DNA of 64,000 nucleotides from Epiperipatus broadwayi (lineage: Eukaryota; Animalia; Onychophora), in NCBI GenBank assembly GCA_028023455.1, contig JAQFVV010000010.1, positions 11,098,001 through 11,162,000 of the forward strand, read 5' to 3'. Position 1 is the first letter of the stretch; the number at the start of each line of letters is the position of its first letter. Below the pieces are notes generated by a model, which worked only from the letters and a program-made list of their open reading frames with translations, was not told where the DNA came from and did no database searches. Below, piece by piece: positions 41,386 through 53,970 of this stretch. A program made the position numbers and the translations under genes.

Positions 41386-41766
41386 TATTAGATTGCATAG
41401 TGATAGTAGAAAGATTAAGATTGAGAAGGGTATAAGACTGGGTGACTTCATATTTCCAAAACTTTTTACAGCAGTTTTTCAAGAAGTATTTTATGGATTA
41501 AAATTGAAAGCTAAGAAAGTGAAAATAAATGGAGATTATTTAATTTATCTAGATTTTTCAGATGATGTGATTGTTTTTGCAATTAATGTTTCAAGCTTCA
41601 AGAAATATTGCAGTAGTTGTCAGATGAAAATAAGAAAGTAGGTCTAAAGGTAAGTGTTTAAAAAGACTAAAGCAATGTTCAGTAGATTTTCTCAAAAAAA
41701 ATAATAAAGGTTGATAATGATAAATTAGAAGGTTAACAACTATAAATACTTTGGTCAGATTATTAA

Positions 41767-42135
41767 TCATCATCATCATCAACCATTATCAATACACTGC
41801 AGGATGAAGGTCTCTCCAAGTTCAATCCAACTTTTCTTATCTTTATCTTCTCTTCTCCACATCAGCCCTGCACATTTTTTTATTTCATCCATCCATCACA
41901 CATGTGGTCTCTTTCTGGGTCTTTTACAATCTCTTGGAATCCAGTTTAAAATTTCAATTGTCCTTCTATTATCATCTCTTCTAGTAATATGTCCATCCCA
42001 ACTCCACTTCAGTCTTTTAATTTTTTCAATGAGGTCAGTAACATCTGTTTGTTCTCTTACCCATACATTGCGTTTTCGATCTCTTCTTGTTACTCCCAAC
42101 ATGCATCTCTCCATACTTCTTTGAGTGGTCTGAAC
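41767..42135 (-). mobile_element. Young RTE 3' fragment inserted antisense into the older RTE
   Basis: Reverse complement is nearly identical to 46470-46850 (MERCMLGVTRRDRKRNVWVREQ..). (TGA)n tail. Confidence 0.9.
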
Positions 42136-42849
42136 AAATTAAAATATAATAGATAAAATTTAATCATAAAATTAAACTCGGATGGAATGCTTTTAGTAGA
42201 AATATCTTCATAATGAAAAGAAATATGCCTATATATTTGAAAAGAAAGATTTTTAATAAATATATTTTACCTTTTCATACCTATAAATTTAACAGAAGGA
42301 CAATAAGGAGACTCAATTATATATGGAGTGATATATGTTAGGACACAAGAAAAGATTGAAAATGAAAACCATAGTTGAATATATATATAAACAGGTGTTA
42401 CTGACATCATGGAAAGAATTAAGAAACTGAAATGGATTTGAGTTGGAAATATTGTTAGAAGAGATAATAATAAATGAACAGTTGAAATTTTAAACTGTAT
42501 TCCAAGAGATATAAAGTATACATATATTTAACTATCCCAAGATATTACAAAAGATCTAGAAAGGGATCACATGTGAGATGGATGGATGAAATAAGTAAGT
42601 ATGCTGGGATGATGTGGAGAGAAGCTACAGATTGGAGAAGATGGATTGAGCTTGGAGAGACCTTCATCCTGCAGTGAATCAATAATGATTGAAAATATCA
42701 TGAAATTGGAAAAATGATGGAAGAAATTTAAATAATGAAAAATATATTTGAAAATTGATAAACTAAAAAATTTAAGATATTATTTCAGAAACTATTATAT
42801 AATCTATTTCAGATAATTTTTTAATAATAAAAAGAATATCCTCACAATT

Positions 42850-43400
42850 GAAACTGCTAGAGTTAAAGATATATCAATATAAATTTTAATGTATAATAAA
42901 AGTTACAGATCTTTCTGATATCTGTCTGAAGAAAAATTTTGTCAACTTCTATCATTTGATGTACAATGCTGTCTTTTAAATTTTACTACAACAAATATTT
43001 CTTTATGAAAAACTTCAAAATCTTTTACAATTGTAGCCCTCCATTGTATTCCATCCTCAACATATGCTTTTAATGAAAACAATCAACACTGCAGTTCATT
43101 AGGATATATATAAGATAATACTGATAACATATATGGATCTTCTTGTTTTATGAAAACTATTCTCTTACAATAGTAGATTAAAAAAAAAAGCTACATATAG
43201 ACAGCTTGTTATAATGACATTTGCCTCTATCTTTCAATGAAATTTTTTCAATGCCTTAAGTTTTGTCAGTAATATATCCATGTCTAAATTTATAAAATGA
43301 ATTTACTAGAATAATAGCATATGTGCAACTAATTTAGATAAAATATTTATATCAGTATAATGTGGTATCCCAAATTATTAACTTATTAAATGCAATAGCA
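42850..43400 (-). mobile_element. Highly decayed LINE RT fragment (CR1/L2-like)
   Basis: Only a weak motif, FINLDMDILLTKLK (~43260-43300). Confidence 0.3.
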
Positions 43401-44388
43401 GCATATTGGAGCCTGTATTGCATTTCAATATCCAATTCAGTCTATCTGGTCTGCACCTAAAGAAAAGATTTAATAAAGGCGGTGCTCAGAATATTTTACA
43501 CCTGTTTAACCTTTATATACAAAATGACTGAAGTATTTTCCTAACAAAAATTAGTAATAGGAAATTGTAAATATTATACCTAAAGTGTATTATTGTGATT
43601 GAAAGTTACAGTGAAAAAAAACAACAACCCAATACTAATGTCCGCTGTGATGATTGTTTTTAAAAATAAAGACAATAAAAAAATAATTGTGCATTTGTAA
43701 ATGCATGAACAACAATTAATTCGATTGAAGAGGACATTTTTTACAATAGCTCAAAATTCTGTATCTAAAAGCGGTAAAAACTTTTGAGTTTTAATAAAAT
43801 GGGTATTCTTTTTTACTGCTACATCATTTATACAAGTTTGATTTTTGAATTATAAATAATAACATAACAGAAAATCGAACAAAAATATTTTTAGATATTA
43901 TAATCGCCTTTATTAACAAAAGTTGCACTTTCTTATGTCATATTAAAATAGCACTTGAATAAAAATAAAAGCATTTTTTTAAAAAAAAATAGTATTAATT
44001 TTGGCGGGCTTTAACTAGTTAAGTAATAATTACACATTTCCGGAAAAGATTCATAAATAATTTCCTTTTTAAAATATAAACATTATATATTTCCGCAATA
44101 TTTGTGATTATGTAAAATAGCGGTAGTCGTCGCTGACATAGATGATTTTCACAGTCTATCATCTTTAAACTGGCGACTTCGCGTGTTGGTAAGTTAGCTT
44201 TTAATACGTAATTTTATAAAAATTGGCCTTTAACAAAACTGTCACTCGTTTCTGCTAGAACTAAAACCTGACCCTATTTCTCATAATTACAGAATGGAAC
44301 GCAAATTAACAAGTTCTAAATTATGTACTATTTTAATCTAATTTTATCGAAATAATGCGGTGGATATGTTAGGTTTGTAAACAACGTA

Positions 44389-44723
44389 ATGTTTCCCAAG
44401 CGTGGCCGACCACCACTGTACACATCTGAAACCGAAAGGCGGGCAGCTGTAAAAAAGTTAAGTAAGAAACGGAACACAACAAGAGTTTATCTCTTGGAAG
44501 CATTTGATCAGTGGTCAAAAACGAAAGATTTATCGCCATTCAAGAAAGCTACTAATGCTGTATTCGCTAATCACATTATTGAAATTCACAATACTTATTG
44601 CACACATTGCAGTCTAGACTATCCACCGAAATCCGATTCTTCAGTAAAATTACAACTTTCAGAGTCTTCAGAAGTAGAAAATACATCATCTTCTTTATCC
44701 AAGGGTGATCTGGAAATTGAAAG
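44389..44723 (+). CDS. Candidate first coding exon of an unknown AT-hook-containing protein
   Basis: 112-codon non-repetitive ORF with PKRGRPP, then TRVYL..AF.QW and H..YCTHC. It ends at an AG|GTAATA donor-like site. The upstream ~400 bp is locally CpG-enriched. Confidence 0.55.
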
Positions 44724-45969
44724 GTAATATTATTTGGGTTAAGCGTAAATTTCATACATGTGATTGCATGAATAGATGAGGCCTAGTTTACGTTGACCAG
44801 TGCCTCTGCCGCGGGCAAATGATCTTATACAAATCTAAAGATGAAATTTTATGTTTTAAAAAATTTATTGGTTTTAAAAAATCAGTGTATATTTAAAATG
44901 ATTGATATGTGCCGGCCATGTATAAATTATTAATCAAAATGAATCATAAAGTCTTATCTTATAACTTAAAGTTAATGTAAATAAAACCACGCCTTCAAAA
45001 GACCTAATTTATTAATTTAATGGATATATATTCTTGCATAATAGCAATTTAAAGGGACACCGTATTTTGTTGGATCATCAAATATTATCGGAATGTAATC
45101 TGGGCGCATACTAGTCCATATATAATTTAAAATATATTTTCTTATTGAAAAGAGTTTGATAGTCATTGTATTTAATTAAGAAAATCAGAAATAAAATACT
45201 TGTATAAATTAACTCATTAAATATATTTGTATTTTTGTAATAGGTTCTAAAGTATTTGTAATTGTCTGCTTTAGTACTATATAATATGTAGGACTATAAA
45301 CATGCACACACACACGCACTTTTTTTTTCTTTCAAACCAGTATGTGGGATTCTGATCGGCATTCATGCAAATCTGGTAGAGATAGTTGCTTTTATTTATG
45401 AACTTGTTTTTTTCCTTTCCTCATTTTTGAAGAAACAATTATAATTCCTATTACGTGTTTTGAAGAGTCAAAGTTCAGAAGTTTGTGATGAAAAATGATG
45501 TCGCAATTGTTTAAGGGAAAAAAAAAACATGCAGGAATTTATATCACAAATTCATATTTGTTACAATGATCTGGAAACGAAGACCTAATATTAAGAATGA
45601 AAAGATTCACATAAATAAAAACGACTTATTAAATAATGCTGATTTTTTTTTTTTTTTGTATTTGCAAAATATGTGCGTGACTTCAGAAGGCGTTGATAGC
45701 CTTTTGATCGATTATCTCACTATTGTATAATAATTCAGGGGTTGAAAATCAAGGGGAAACTTGAAATATTTTTATTGATACAATATCTGTTTATCCAACT
45801 TCAAATGGGTGTGTTCTTTATATTGATAAATTTTTGTTAATTAAATAAGGAAAAGAAAAATTAAGGAATAAATTATGTTGATATCCATATACTCTACGTG
45901 TTGAATGTCGTATTTAATAGTAGCCTTTCCATCCTGCTATGTTTTGAATCCTTATGGCTGTAAAGAGCT

Positions 45970-46852
45970 ATTTTTACAGCAGTGCTGCAAGAAGTATTTT
46001 GTGGATTAAAATGGGAAACTAAAGGAGTGAAAGTAAATGGAGATTATTTAAGTCATTTAGATTTCGCAGATGATGTAGTTGTTTTTGCAAATAATGCTTC
46101 CGAGCTGCAGGAAATGTTGCAGGAGTTATCAGATGAAAGTAGGAAAGTAGGACTAAAGATAAATGTTAAAAAGACTAAAGTAATGTTTAATCGATTTGCT
46201 CAAAATATGAAAATAAAGATTGATTATGATGAATTAGAAGAAGTTAAGAGTTACAAATACCTTGGTCAGATTATTAATACAGATGGAAACATAATAGAGG
46301 AAATTAATCATAGAATTAAACTTGGTTGGAGTGCTTTTGGTAGAAATAACTTGATATTAAAAGAAAATATGCCTATGTGTTTGAAAAGAAAGGTTTTTAA
46401 CAAATGTGTTTTACCAGTTCTTACTTATGGATCTGAGACTTGGACACTTAATAGAAGATCAATACAGAGACTTCAGATCACTCAAAGAAGTATGGAGAGA
46501 TGTATGTTGGGAGTAACAAGAAGAGATCGAAAACGCAACGTATGGGTAAGAGAACAAACAGGTGTTACTGACCTCATTGAAAAAATTAAAAGATTGAAGT
46601 GGAGTTGGGCTGGACATATTACTAGAAGAGATGATAATAGATGGACAATTGAAATTTTAAACTGGATTCCAAGAGATTGTAAAAGACCCAGAAGGAGACC
46701 ACATGTAAGATGGATGGATGAAATAAGAAAATGTGTAGGGGTGATGTGGAGAAGAGAAGCTAAAGATCGGAGAAGATGGATTAAACTTGGAGAGACCTTC
46801 ATCCTGCAGTGGATTGATAATGGTTGATAATGATGATGATGATGATGATGAT
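45970..46852 (+). mobile_element. Young 5'-truncated RTE LINE with intact 281-aa RT C-terminal ORF
   Basis: HLDFADDVV, GLKINVKKTKVM, YKYLGQ, CVLPVLTYGSETW and KWSWAGH..RR.D.RW motifs; (TGA)n tail. Confidence 0.95.
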
Positions 46853-47544
46853 AAACATTAGGTAAATGTATATATATATATGTGGATATGACTGACAAGA
46901 GCAGTCTCTAATACGAGAAGATTTAGATAACTGAACGTTCACTTGTTTAGAATAAATCAAAAAGTATCCATATTAAAGTAAAAATTATTGTATTTCTAGA
47001 AAGAAAAAAAATCAGTGATTAATGTAGGAAATCAGTTTTTTTTAGAAAGGTTTACTACCTGATGGTTGCAGAATATCATTGTGGTTAAAATCCACCAGGC
47101 ATTCTTTCTAAAAGGCTTGCTATTTTGATCTTAGAAAACTTTTATGAGACATTTATTGATTTTATTTAGATTTGACTTGCCTTCTACTTAAGAATAGTTT
47201 TATTCCTTTTGTTCTTCATACTTCTATTTTTTTCTCATTTTCTTTTTCATACTGTAATTAAGAAGGAATTTTAAAAGATTTAGACATCACAGAATGGCTT
47301 GTTTGAACATTCATTCATGAAATAAGAATCCAATTAAAATCGTGGATCTTAACTAGTTATTAGAATTCTTAATTTTTCTTGTGCTCAGCTTGGTTTCATG
47401 AGTTGTGTTTGATTTAACTTGTAGCCAAAAAGAAGAATCGGAAGAAGTTGCCAAAATAAATTCAATATATTTAAAATCTTATTTATGAAAAATGTTGCTA
47501 TTTTTTTCTTATTTATAACTGATTATATTAATGTAATAATCACC

Positions 47545-47615
47545 AAACATCACATGATTACCATTTCTTATGCTTGCTCATACTGTATGGGGAGTTTTGC
47601 CTGTTTTAATGTAAT
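47545..47615 (+). repeat. Short deletion derivative of family A (second similar copy at ~48945-49005)
   Basis: aaacatcacatga..cttatgct is joined directly to the family A 3' end gagttttgcctgtt. Confidence 0.55.
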
Positions 47616-47649
47616 AATTTTACTTTAGTATGATTTGCTCTTCATTTAG

Positions 47650-48535
47650 TTAGTGATATAATCTGTAAATTATTTGAAGGAATGATTCAGTGAGCTGATT
47701 TTTTTGGTTTGAATTTTGTTGTTTCTGTGGATTCTTCTTTATTAAAGTATCCTTGGCTAAAAGAATTTCAACTCTTTTTTTTTTATTATTACAAATATGC
47801 ATTAGTAATATTAATATTATTGCAAAAATTGAACAGAATAACCACAACATAATAATGAATTTTTTATTTGAAATCAGATCAGGTTTTGATATTAAATTTT
47901 TGTATTTTGTTTAGTCGGTTAATTAGACTACCTTAATAACAATCAGTTTTATATTTTTCTTACTAATATTGATGGAATTATGTGCTGTTGCATTTTGTCT
48001 TTTGAATACTCTAGAGAGAAGGCTATTAGATATTTGTAGAGCAATTAGACGGTGGGTTGAAATGAAGCATATAATGGGTTCAGTTTTATGACTTTATAAA
48101 TTTCTTAAAACTACTGAATCCAAAAGTTATTTCCTTATCAGATACCATTATTTCCATAATACTTGCTACGTTTTAAACACATATAATCTTATTTTGAGAG
48201 GATTTTTGATTTATTGTAAGCTTAAAGTATCACATCTTTTGCTATATGTATTATTGGTATATCATGTTCTTCTGATATTGATATTAGTTTATGATTGTAA
48301 AGTATTAAGTTGATTGAGCATTGTGAATGAAGGTTCGTCTGTGTTTTTCCTAAAGAATGGTCTTGCATAATTTAGTAGCTGTTTGGATGAGGTAGAGTCT
48401 TATTTCCCAGAGTAATAGAATTTCATATATTTAATTTCAGAGTGATTTTCTCGGGAATCTTGCTGATTTAATAAATGATTGTAATGATTTTGTAAATTTT
48501 ATGTGTTGCACTGATTTTTTGATTTAGTTTATTTT

Positions 48536-48583
<48 letters not shown>

Positions 48584-50200
48584 TTCTTTTCTTTCTTTTC
48601 TTTTCTTTTCTTTTCTTTCTTTTCTTTTTATTATTAAAAATATTGTTTTGTCAAAAAGAGGATTTGATCTAGAAAATTTTGTTGATTGAATTTTTTTTTT
48701 CTATCACAGCTTTTTTGATATGAAATATCTCTAACTTGTTCTTGGTAATTTTGTTGATATATATTGAAAATTAAGAATTTGGATAAACAAGCATTTGCTG
48801 ATGTTGAGAAATTGCTCACTCAGAGTTCTCAAAGTGACAACTGCCATATCATAAAAACTAATTGGTTTCTTTGATCCAACACTCCACATACTATACAGTT
48901 TTTATCCGCATTCTCAAAAGTATACTTTTTATTATGTTAAACCACTAAACATCACATGATCACTATTTCTTATGCTAGCATGAAAGAGAGTTTTGCCTGT
49001 TTTATTATGTTCTTATAATTTTTTATTAATTTATTTATGCGAGCATTAATTTAATATCTAGAGATTTACAAGTTGGCCTTTTAATTTTTTGGATATTTAT
49101 AATTCTGCTTATATTTTATCAAAAGTTTTCAGAAAAATTTGGGTGACAAAGTTTCTTATGACTTGTTTGATCTACACATTTTTGGCTATTTTAGGATTGA
49201 TAATAAGATTGCTTTGTAGTATTTAACACTGTGATGGATATTGGAGCTAAAGATTCCTTGAGCGAAGCTCAATCTGTTTCTCCTGGTGCTTAATGTCACA
49301 TGAACATTCAAATGTCTATTATTTGAATATTTTTATATAGAATAACAAAAGAAGGAAAAAAAAATTTTGGCACTAAATTGAGTTTATTTGCTGTAAATTC
49401 TCAGCCTTTACTATGTTCTTACTTAACTTCTGTGTTCCATCTTTGCTTCTATATACTGTCAATATAAATTTATTATTTATAAAGAGCTTCATTCTTTTTA
49501 AATTTAACAATACTATCCTTTGTTTTTATTGCTTTGCTGAGTTTTATTATATCAAAGTCTATTTTCAAAATTAGATCCAGTTTACTAAATTCTATTTTTT
49601 AAAATTCATTTTCAATAATATTTTAATGGTTTTTTTGTGATTGATATTTTGCTGCTACAATCTGATTGGAAGAACACGAGTCCTTTCTATGAGAGGATGC
49701 GTTCACCTTTTGTAATCTCACTTCATTTTAATCAGTTTTTTTTTAAGTTTTTATTTTATTTTACTATTTTCTAAAATAATGGAGATTGTTTTTGTGATTT
49801 CTCTTTTAATTAACTTCACAGAGTTTAGCCTTTATGTAATATTTAGCAATATGCCCAAAAGATTTCCTTTTTAAATTAAAACATTTAATACTTTACATCC
49901 TATTATCATTTTATTTACCTTTGAAAGCTTCTCTAACTTTTTATTTTTCTTCCTTTCTGTTAATGCTCTAACATTTTGTTGATTTATTTGAAGTTCACTT
50001 TTCTCTAGAATAGGTTAGAAATTAAAGTAGTTAATTTTCAGATATTGAAACTGTTTTCCACCCATTTGCAGAATATTTGAAGTTTTCTGCAACTCTTGTC
50101 AAGATTTCATAAATCAGCATTGTTATAACAATTTTGTTAATAGCAGCTTTTAATTAATAGACTAAATTTTTCTATTTAATCGGGAATGCAGATGAATTTA
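47650..50200 (-). mobile_element. Possible highly decayed L1/Tx1-like LINE
   Basis: A/C-rich minus strand with weak remnants CIVCG (~48880), LLLWEIR (~48410) and IKQVIRNFV (~49150). No clean RT motif. Confidence 0.3.
48537..48625. repeat. (TTTC)n/(TTTTC)n microsatellite
   Basis: Direct reading. Confidence 0.95.
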
Positions 50201-52445
50201 TAATTCAAAAACTTACCCTGAAAATTTAACTCAGTGTTGGATTCAAAAATTAAGAATTTTGGGATTGATTCCCAAATAATGAAAATGGAGAAAAATATGT
50301 CTAATCAATTTAACAAAACTGTTATGTACAATCTGTTATTTAGCACTAGAATGTGATGTGATCTCTGAACTACTGACACCATCATTATTTTTATTACTAA
50401 TAATTGTTCATCCTTTACTATAGTAGTAATGTGATTTCTCCTAAGAGTGTTAATTTTGCCATATGATAGAAAAACCTTTTAAAATTCTTCAATTTATTTA
50501 AATTCTTCTTTCAATCTCATTATTGAGTTTTCTGTAAATATTTATTATATTAACTAAACATCTGTTTTTTTCTTTTGGACGTTTCTTTAATTGCCATTAC
50601 ATAAAAATGTTGTGAATAAGCAATATTAGAAACTATGAGTCTGTAATAAAAAAAGGAAATAAGAAATGAAATACACTTAATTCTGTTTTTACAAGAATTA
50701 AATAAATAATCAATCAAAGTAAAATTGATTATTTATTTATGTATTTGTGATAAAATTATGGACAAATAAATTGTATTGTATATTTGACCATTATGATAAT
50801 TATAAGAATTATTTTTAAATATGAATTTTTTTTCTACAGTACAGGCTTTTTCATACCTGCACTTATATATATAGGGGTTAAACTCAGACTTTCACTGGAC
50901 CCTCAACCATCCATGCTATTTCATACAGCTGATATACTTGATCACACACATGTCGAAAAGATAAATAATCACCAATGTAAGTATTTTGTGCTAAACCAGC
51001 ACTCATCAATTGGTCCAGATTATCATCACACATATATACAATCAAAGCTCAGCTTTTTTGTAAAATACAATTTTGATCTTACATGGTTGAGAAAATTTTC
51101 ATTTTTCTTTTTCTATATATATTTTTTAATTTTAATAAATGACTGGTAATGAAGATATACACAGAAATTGTAGTTTTTAAAAAATATTTAGGTTTAATAC
51201 TGCCCAGTGCGCTTTCATTAACATGCATATCATATTCATGGCTTATAGTAATTTAATATTACAATCTGGAAAAATTCATTTATTTTTTTACATGATTTGT
51301 TTTGACTGTGGTGATCCTACTTAGTTTTTTAGGAAATTGCTTTTAATTTGCTAAAAAAAAAAATTAGAATTTTTATTTAAACAAATCTAAACATTTATTT
51401 GTTTTTATTGGAATATGAGAACAACAGTAAAGCAAGGAGAAAAATTGAATTTGAAAAATTTGACAATTTGATTGCATGATTGCTTCTTCCAATAATTTTT
51501 CCAATAGAGAATGTTTTTTTTTTGCTATTTGGTGAAGTATTTTGATATTTAATTAAAGAAATCAAGTAAAAATTAAAATAAAACTTACTGAATTAAATTT
51601 TTATAAATAAATTACAATTTTTCATCCTTAATTACTAACAGCAATCGAAAGTTATTTAATTTTTCTATTCCTGAATTAATGTCATAATTTTTTCTTTATA
51701 ATAATAATTTACATTATATATATATATAAATTTATGAAATAAAAATGTTTATAAACAGAAAAAACAAAAATTAAGAATTTTAACATATATTTTTATGTAG
51801 TTTGTTTGAACATATTCTATTATATAAACTGCTTTGTCATATTTTTAAAACTTGGCTTTTAATGGATGCAATCTTCCATTTTTCTATGAGGACTGTCTTT
51901 TTTTTACATGATTTATTTTTATATCGATTTTTCAGAAGCATATCTACCTTGTAAAAACAGAATTAGACATTTTAATTTGTCATAATTCAATAATGCCTAT
52001 AGATTAAACATTTTTGTTTAATAATAATTGAAGAAAAGACTTGAGTTTTTGAAGAGCTGTTTGTTATTACAAAGTTTTTGATCAAAAAGTATACATTATG
52101 TACTAAGAAAATAATAGTAAACTATTAGCAATATATACATTTATATTTTTCTTCAATATTTTTAATTTTGTAAATTTTTTGCCCTTTTGTTAATCACTTT
52201 TTTACTTTTTTGCTCTTTTTATAATTATCTGTTTCTATGAATTCTGATTTTCTTCAAATATTATCAGTTTTTATTTATTTATTAGAATTTAAAACACATT
52301 TTAACTAACTTCCTGTTATTCATTATCTTATTTATAGTAGCTGAAAAACTTTTCTAATTTTTTTTATCACATTTTATAATAAAATAAACTTCTTATTTTA
52401 TAAAATAACTTATTTTACATTAATGTCAGGTTTGAATGATATATG

Positions 52446-52655
52446 TAAAGGGTGGATCTCAAGTGTCAGTCATTTAAAAAAAAATAAATTTTTTTTTTAA
52501 ATTTATACATGCAGTCAGGAACATTTTAATAAATTTTATGACTAATTAAAAAAAAAGAAGAAGTAATTTTTGATATAAAAAAAAATTGTTTTTGTTCATA
52601 ATATATATTTTAAATGTAAGTTTTAAAAATATATCAAATTTTTTTGGCCCACTCT
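52446..52655. mobile_element. Degenerate Tc1/mariner-type MITE
   Basis: Imperfect termini taaagggtgg / ccactctgta (a TACAGGGTGG-type TIR) in a TA context. Confidence 0.45.
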
Positions 52656-53441
52656 GTATATATTTTAGTGTTGTTTTTAGTTGTAATAACGTATAGAAAA
52701 AATAATATTAGTAAAATTGCAGCTGGAACAAAGTTTTTTGTTTTTAGAAAGGTGAAAACTGAATAGTGGAAATTAAAATAAAAAAAAATGTATTGAAAAC
52801 TCTGTTCGAAAAGTCTATTCTTGACTCTTATTTGAGAAATTTACTTAGTTGAGGTCATAAAGATAACTATTATTATATGGGTTTATAAATTACTGCAATA
52901 GATTATAAGCAATTGTTATGTGTATTCATAAAATATTGTTTGGACTGAATTAATCAAAGTTGCCTTTTTTTTAAATATAAAAGAAAGATTGCATATATAA
53001 ATAGTGAAAAGTAAATTGCCTCACCCAAGTGGAATATGACAGCAAGCAAATCATTAGGTGTGAGTTGATACATTCAATATATGAATATCCAAGCTTGAAG
53101 TCACACATGAACTGTAAGAGATATTCAATGAAATCATCCAATAAATGATTCTTCATACTAAATAGAGCAATGAGACATCCTTTGTCGTCAATGCTACTGA
53201 TATTTGTTAGCGTGAGAGAGAAATTTGAAGCTAGATGGTTGGTCTTTTTATAAAGTGATCATTAAATATGTTTTACAAATTAATTGCAAGAAAATACCAG
53301 AAATTAATATAAAAGGGCTAATGGCATGAGATACTTAAACTCAAGAATATCAATATTTATCATTAGACAACTTCAGTCATTTACAAAAAGTATATTTAAA
53401 TGAGGCATTTATTTTATATAGTGCTATGTTTATAAATTGTA

Positions 53442-53970
53442 ATAAACTAAAGATCGGCCTTTCAAGCTAACGTACATACGCTTTTTATGAATATTAATAC
53501 TAATAAATGAATACACTTCCAACACAAGATAAAGTCTTTTTGAAAGAATAGAATGAATCCATCTATTCTTTCAACCCAAATGCTTATATATGGGCAAATC
53601 TTAAGTACTGGAAATGAAAGCGTGAGGATAAACCACTTACTTTAAATTACTTTTTACTATGTCTGCCTCATTTACATATGTTTAGTTTCATTTAAGAATG
53701 ACGTTTCGTAAATTCTAGATAATTTTGTGGGCGTCATTCATTCAGACATAGTAAAAAGTAATTTAAAGTGAGTGGTTTATCCTCACGCTTTCATTTCCAG
53801 TACTTAAGATTTGCCCATATATAAGCATTTGGGTTGAAAGAATAGATGGATTCATTCTATTCTTTCGAAAAGACTTTATCTTGTGTTGGAAGTGAAAGTA
53901 TTCATTTATTAGTATTAATATTCATAAAAAACGCATGTACGTTAGCTTGAAAGGCTGATCTTTAGTTTAT
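53442..53970. repeat. Long palindrome (~224-bp arms, 77-nt spacer)
   Basis: 53442-53665 versus 53743-53970; a handful of differences, several at CpG, and one 3-bp indel. Confidence 0.93.

Larger units (their letters stand above)
39440..42690 (+). mobile_element. Old near-full-length RTE LINE (APE + RT) with two nested insertions
   Basis: APE motifs SGVGFIMNKKW and HFKVAMGDFNAKIG; RT motifs FIDCEKEFDSI, EKGIRLGDFIFPKLF and LDFSDDVIVF. The 3' end gagaccttcatcctgcagtg matches the 46790 copy. Confidence 0.88.

Noticed and set aside
41804-46898. Antisense ORFs 41804-42124 and 46482-46898
   Set aside because: Shadow frames of RTE RT coding sequence.
50784-51149. 121-aa plus-strand ORF and an overlapping minus frame faintly resembling CHH/ITP peptides
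   Set aside because: The required cysteine pattern is absent, and the plus ORF looks like AT-rich noise.
53025-53157. Possible minus-strand exon KNHLLDDFIEYLLQF...STW
   Set aside because: Splice-like ends but no known motif or partner exon.
33841-53970. All palindromes as whole-genome-amplification chimeras
   Set aside because: Most arm pairs carry substitutions, CpG decay, indels or later insertions. Only 34394-34700 and 32188-32389 are clean enough to need read-level confirmation.
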